Assembly: GCA_963422365.1 (NCBI GenBank)
Contig: OY729426.1
Location: forward strand, 288,001 to 352,000
Direction: 5' to 3'
DNA: 64,000 nt
Source: Nitrospirales bacterium
Lineage (GTDB): Bacteria > Nitrospirota > Nitrospiria > Nitrospirales > UBA8639
Shown piece by piece: positions 62,347-64,000 of the stretch. Made by a program: the position numbers and the translations under genes. The first letter of the stretch is position 1. Every line of letters starts with the position of its first letter. The notes below the pieces were generated by a model that had not been told where the DNA came from, did not search any database, and saw only the letters and a list, made by a program, of their open reading frames with translations.

Positions 62347-63504
62347 CTATAAGTGCACATCGACGGCCTGCTTCAAAATGGAGGCCTTGTCCGTTTTCTC
62401 CCAGGTGAATCCCTGGCCGCTTCGCCCAAAATGCCCATAGGCAGCCGTCTGCTTGTAAATGGGGCGTCGCAGTTTTAAATATTCGATAATCCCACGCGGG
62501 GTCATCGGAAAATGTTTTCTGACCAATTTATCGATGACTTCAAGCGCGACTTTCTCCGTCCCTTTCGCATCGACCAGCACGGAGACGGGTTCCGGCACCC
62601 CGATCGCATACGCTAATTGCACTTCACATTTCTCGGCCAATTTCGCGGCAACAATATTTTTCGCGATATACCTGGCCATGTACGAAGCAGATCGGTCCAC
62701 CTTACTAGGATCTTTTCCGGAAAAGGCCCCGCCACCATGGCTTCCCACTCCACCATAGGTATCGACAATGATCTTGCGACCGGTCAACCCGGTATCGCCC
62801 ATGGGCCCCCCCGTCACAAACCGCCCCGTCGGGTTAATGTGAAACGTCACCCTGTTTGGATCGAAGATCCCGTTCGGCATCACAGGCTTAATGACTTTTT
62901 CTTTAATCTCTTTCTCAATTCTCTTGGAAGTCACCTTGTCACTATGCTGAGTGGAGACCACAATCGTATCGATCCTGACCGGCTTACCCTTTTTATACTC
63001 GACGGTCACCTGAGCCTTCCCATCGGGGCGCACCCAGGGTAACAGGTCCGTTTTTCTGACTTCGGCCAATCGTTTCGTCAGGCGATGGGCCAAGACAATC
63101 GGCATAGGCATCAATTCGGTTGTCTCATTGGTGGCGTAGCCGAACATCAATCCTTGATCACCCGCTCCACCCGTATCCACGCCCATGGCAATATCGCCAG
63201 ACTGGGCATCAATCGCCGTCAACACCGAACAGGTTCGGTGGTCAAACCCCCAAGTGGCATCGGAATAGCCCACCTCACGGATGGTTTCTCGAATGATATC
63301 GGGAATTTCAACATACGCCTTCGTGGAAATTTCTCCTGCGACGAACGCCAATCCCGTGGTCAGAATCGTCTCGCACGCCACCCGGCAGTTCTTATCTTGG
63401 CCCATAATGGCATCCAGGATGCCATCGGATATCTGGTCGGCAATTTTATCCGGATGCCCTTCAGTCACGGACTCAGAAGTAAACAAGAAGTTTTGTTGGC
63501 TCAT
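62347..63504 (-). CDS. metK: S-adenosylmethionine synthetase
   Basis: [28 protein letters not shown]. Confidence 0.97.
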   Translation of the reverse strand: MSQQNFLFTSESVTEGHPDKIADQISDGILDAIMGQDKNCRVACETILTTGLAFVAGEISTKAYVEIPDIIRETIREVGYSDATWGFDHRTCSVLTAIDAQSGDIAMGVDTGGAGDQGLMFGYATNETTELMPMPIVLAHRLTKRLAEVRKTDLLPWVRPDGKAQVTVEYKKGKPVRIDTIVVSTQHSDKVTSKRIEKEIKEKVIKPVMPNGIFDPNRVTFHINPTGRFVTGGPMGDTGLTGRKIIVDTYGGVGSHGGGAFSGKDPSKVDRSASYMARYIAKNIVAAKLAEKCEVQLAYAIGVPEPVSVLVDAKGTEKVALEVIDKLVRKHFPMTPRGIIEYLKLRRPIYKQTAAYGHFGRSGQGFTWEKTDKASILKQAVDVHL

Positions 63505-64000
63505 GACAGGTACCCTTCCGTTGCCACAAAAAGGCAGCCCCTCTTCACTAATTTTGCGGTGAGGAATGACTGCGTGAAGTGTGAAAGCTGTACAGCTTAG
63601 TTGGTATATTGGGACACGCACGCAATCCTCAAGCCAAGGCTGCGTACCTCTCTAATAAAAAGAAGTCAGTCCGGTTTGTCAAATACAAATTTCCATGATG
63701 GAAAAATTCCATTTCTTTTCAACTGGTTCGGACCCTCTTGTTTGTGAAGAAGAATGAGGACATTCTGGAGGGAAGCTAGGCGTCGATCTTGGGTAGAACC
63801 GTGGCGATTCGCAGTCGTCTGGAACCGATCAAGTGAGTGGCACGGCTGATCACGCGACATTGGGAAGGGGTGATCCATGCGGCGACACCCCACGTCACCA
63901 CTGTACTCTGGGAAGGGACCGACGCGAAGCTCGAGTGGAGCAAACGCATGGGCTGTGGCTCCCGACATCGCGAACACTTCCGGGATGCCATCTACTTCCA

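Noticed and set aside
63505..63665. SAM riboswitch upstream of metK
   Set aside because: No recognisable SAM-I/II consensus
63666..64000. Partial minus-strand ORFs at the window end
   Set aside because: No recognisable motif; frame cannot be chosen

Overview
Bacterial chromosomal window. The five-subunit 2-oxoacid:ferredoxin oxidoreductase operon suggests a Nitrospirota-type rTCA autotroph (inference). Housekeeping blocks are: type II topoisomerase A (3' end) and B genes, a nitroreductase, rubrerythrin/Fe-S oxidoreductase/DUF3501, erpA, queD-like, a peroxiredoxin, PBP1A, a full isc operon, typA, a DEAD-box helicase, OFOR D-A-B-G-E, ahcY and metK. These are interleaved with a decayed TA/type III R-M patch (0.5-3.8 kb) and two cargo-laden type I R-M loci (14.0-26.3 kb and 29.9-44.3 kb). 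Most striking observations: (1) a tRNA-Asn(GUU) split at anticodon position 35/36 by a 282-nt group I intron; (2) a DUF559 endonuclease domain bracketed by inverted palindromic repeats and inserted in frame inside an HsdS, with solo copies of the same repeat in frame in the neighbouring hsdM and hsdR; (3) a second family of tiny CCTGCC...GGCAGG in-frame palindromic insertions; (4) an hsdS with two nucleotide-identical TRDs; (5) leftover duplicated hsdM/hsdS/hsdR gene ends marking where cargo genes (Fic, VapBC, KAP NTPase, ABC-ATPase-DUF4276) appear to have been added; further cargo includes RloC and XRE/IrrE-DUF4411 pairs. All calls come from reading motifs by eye; no database search was run.
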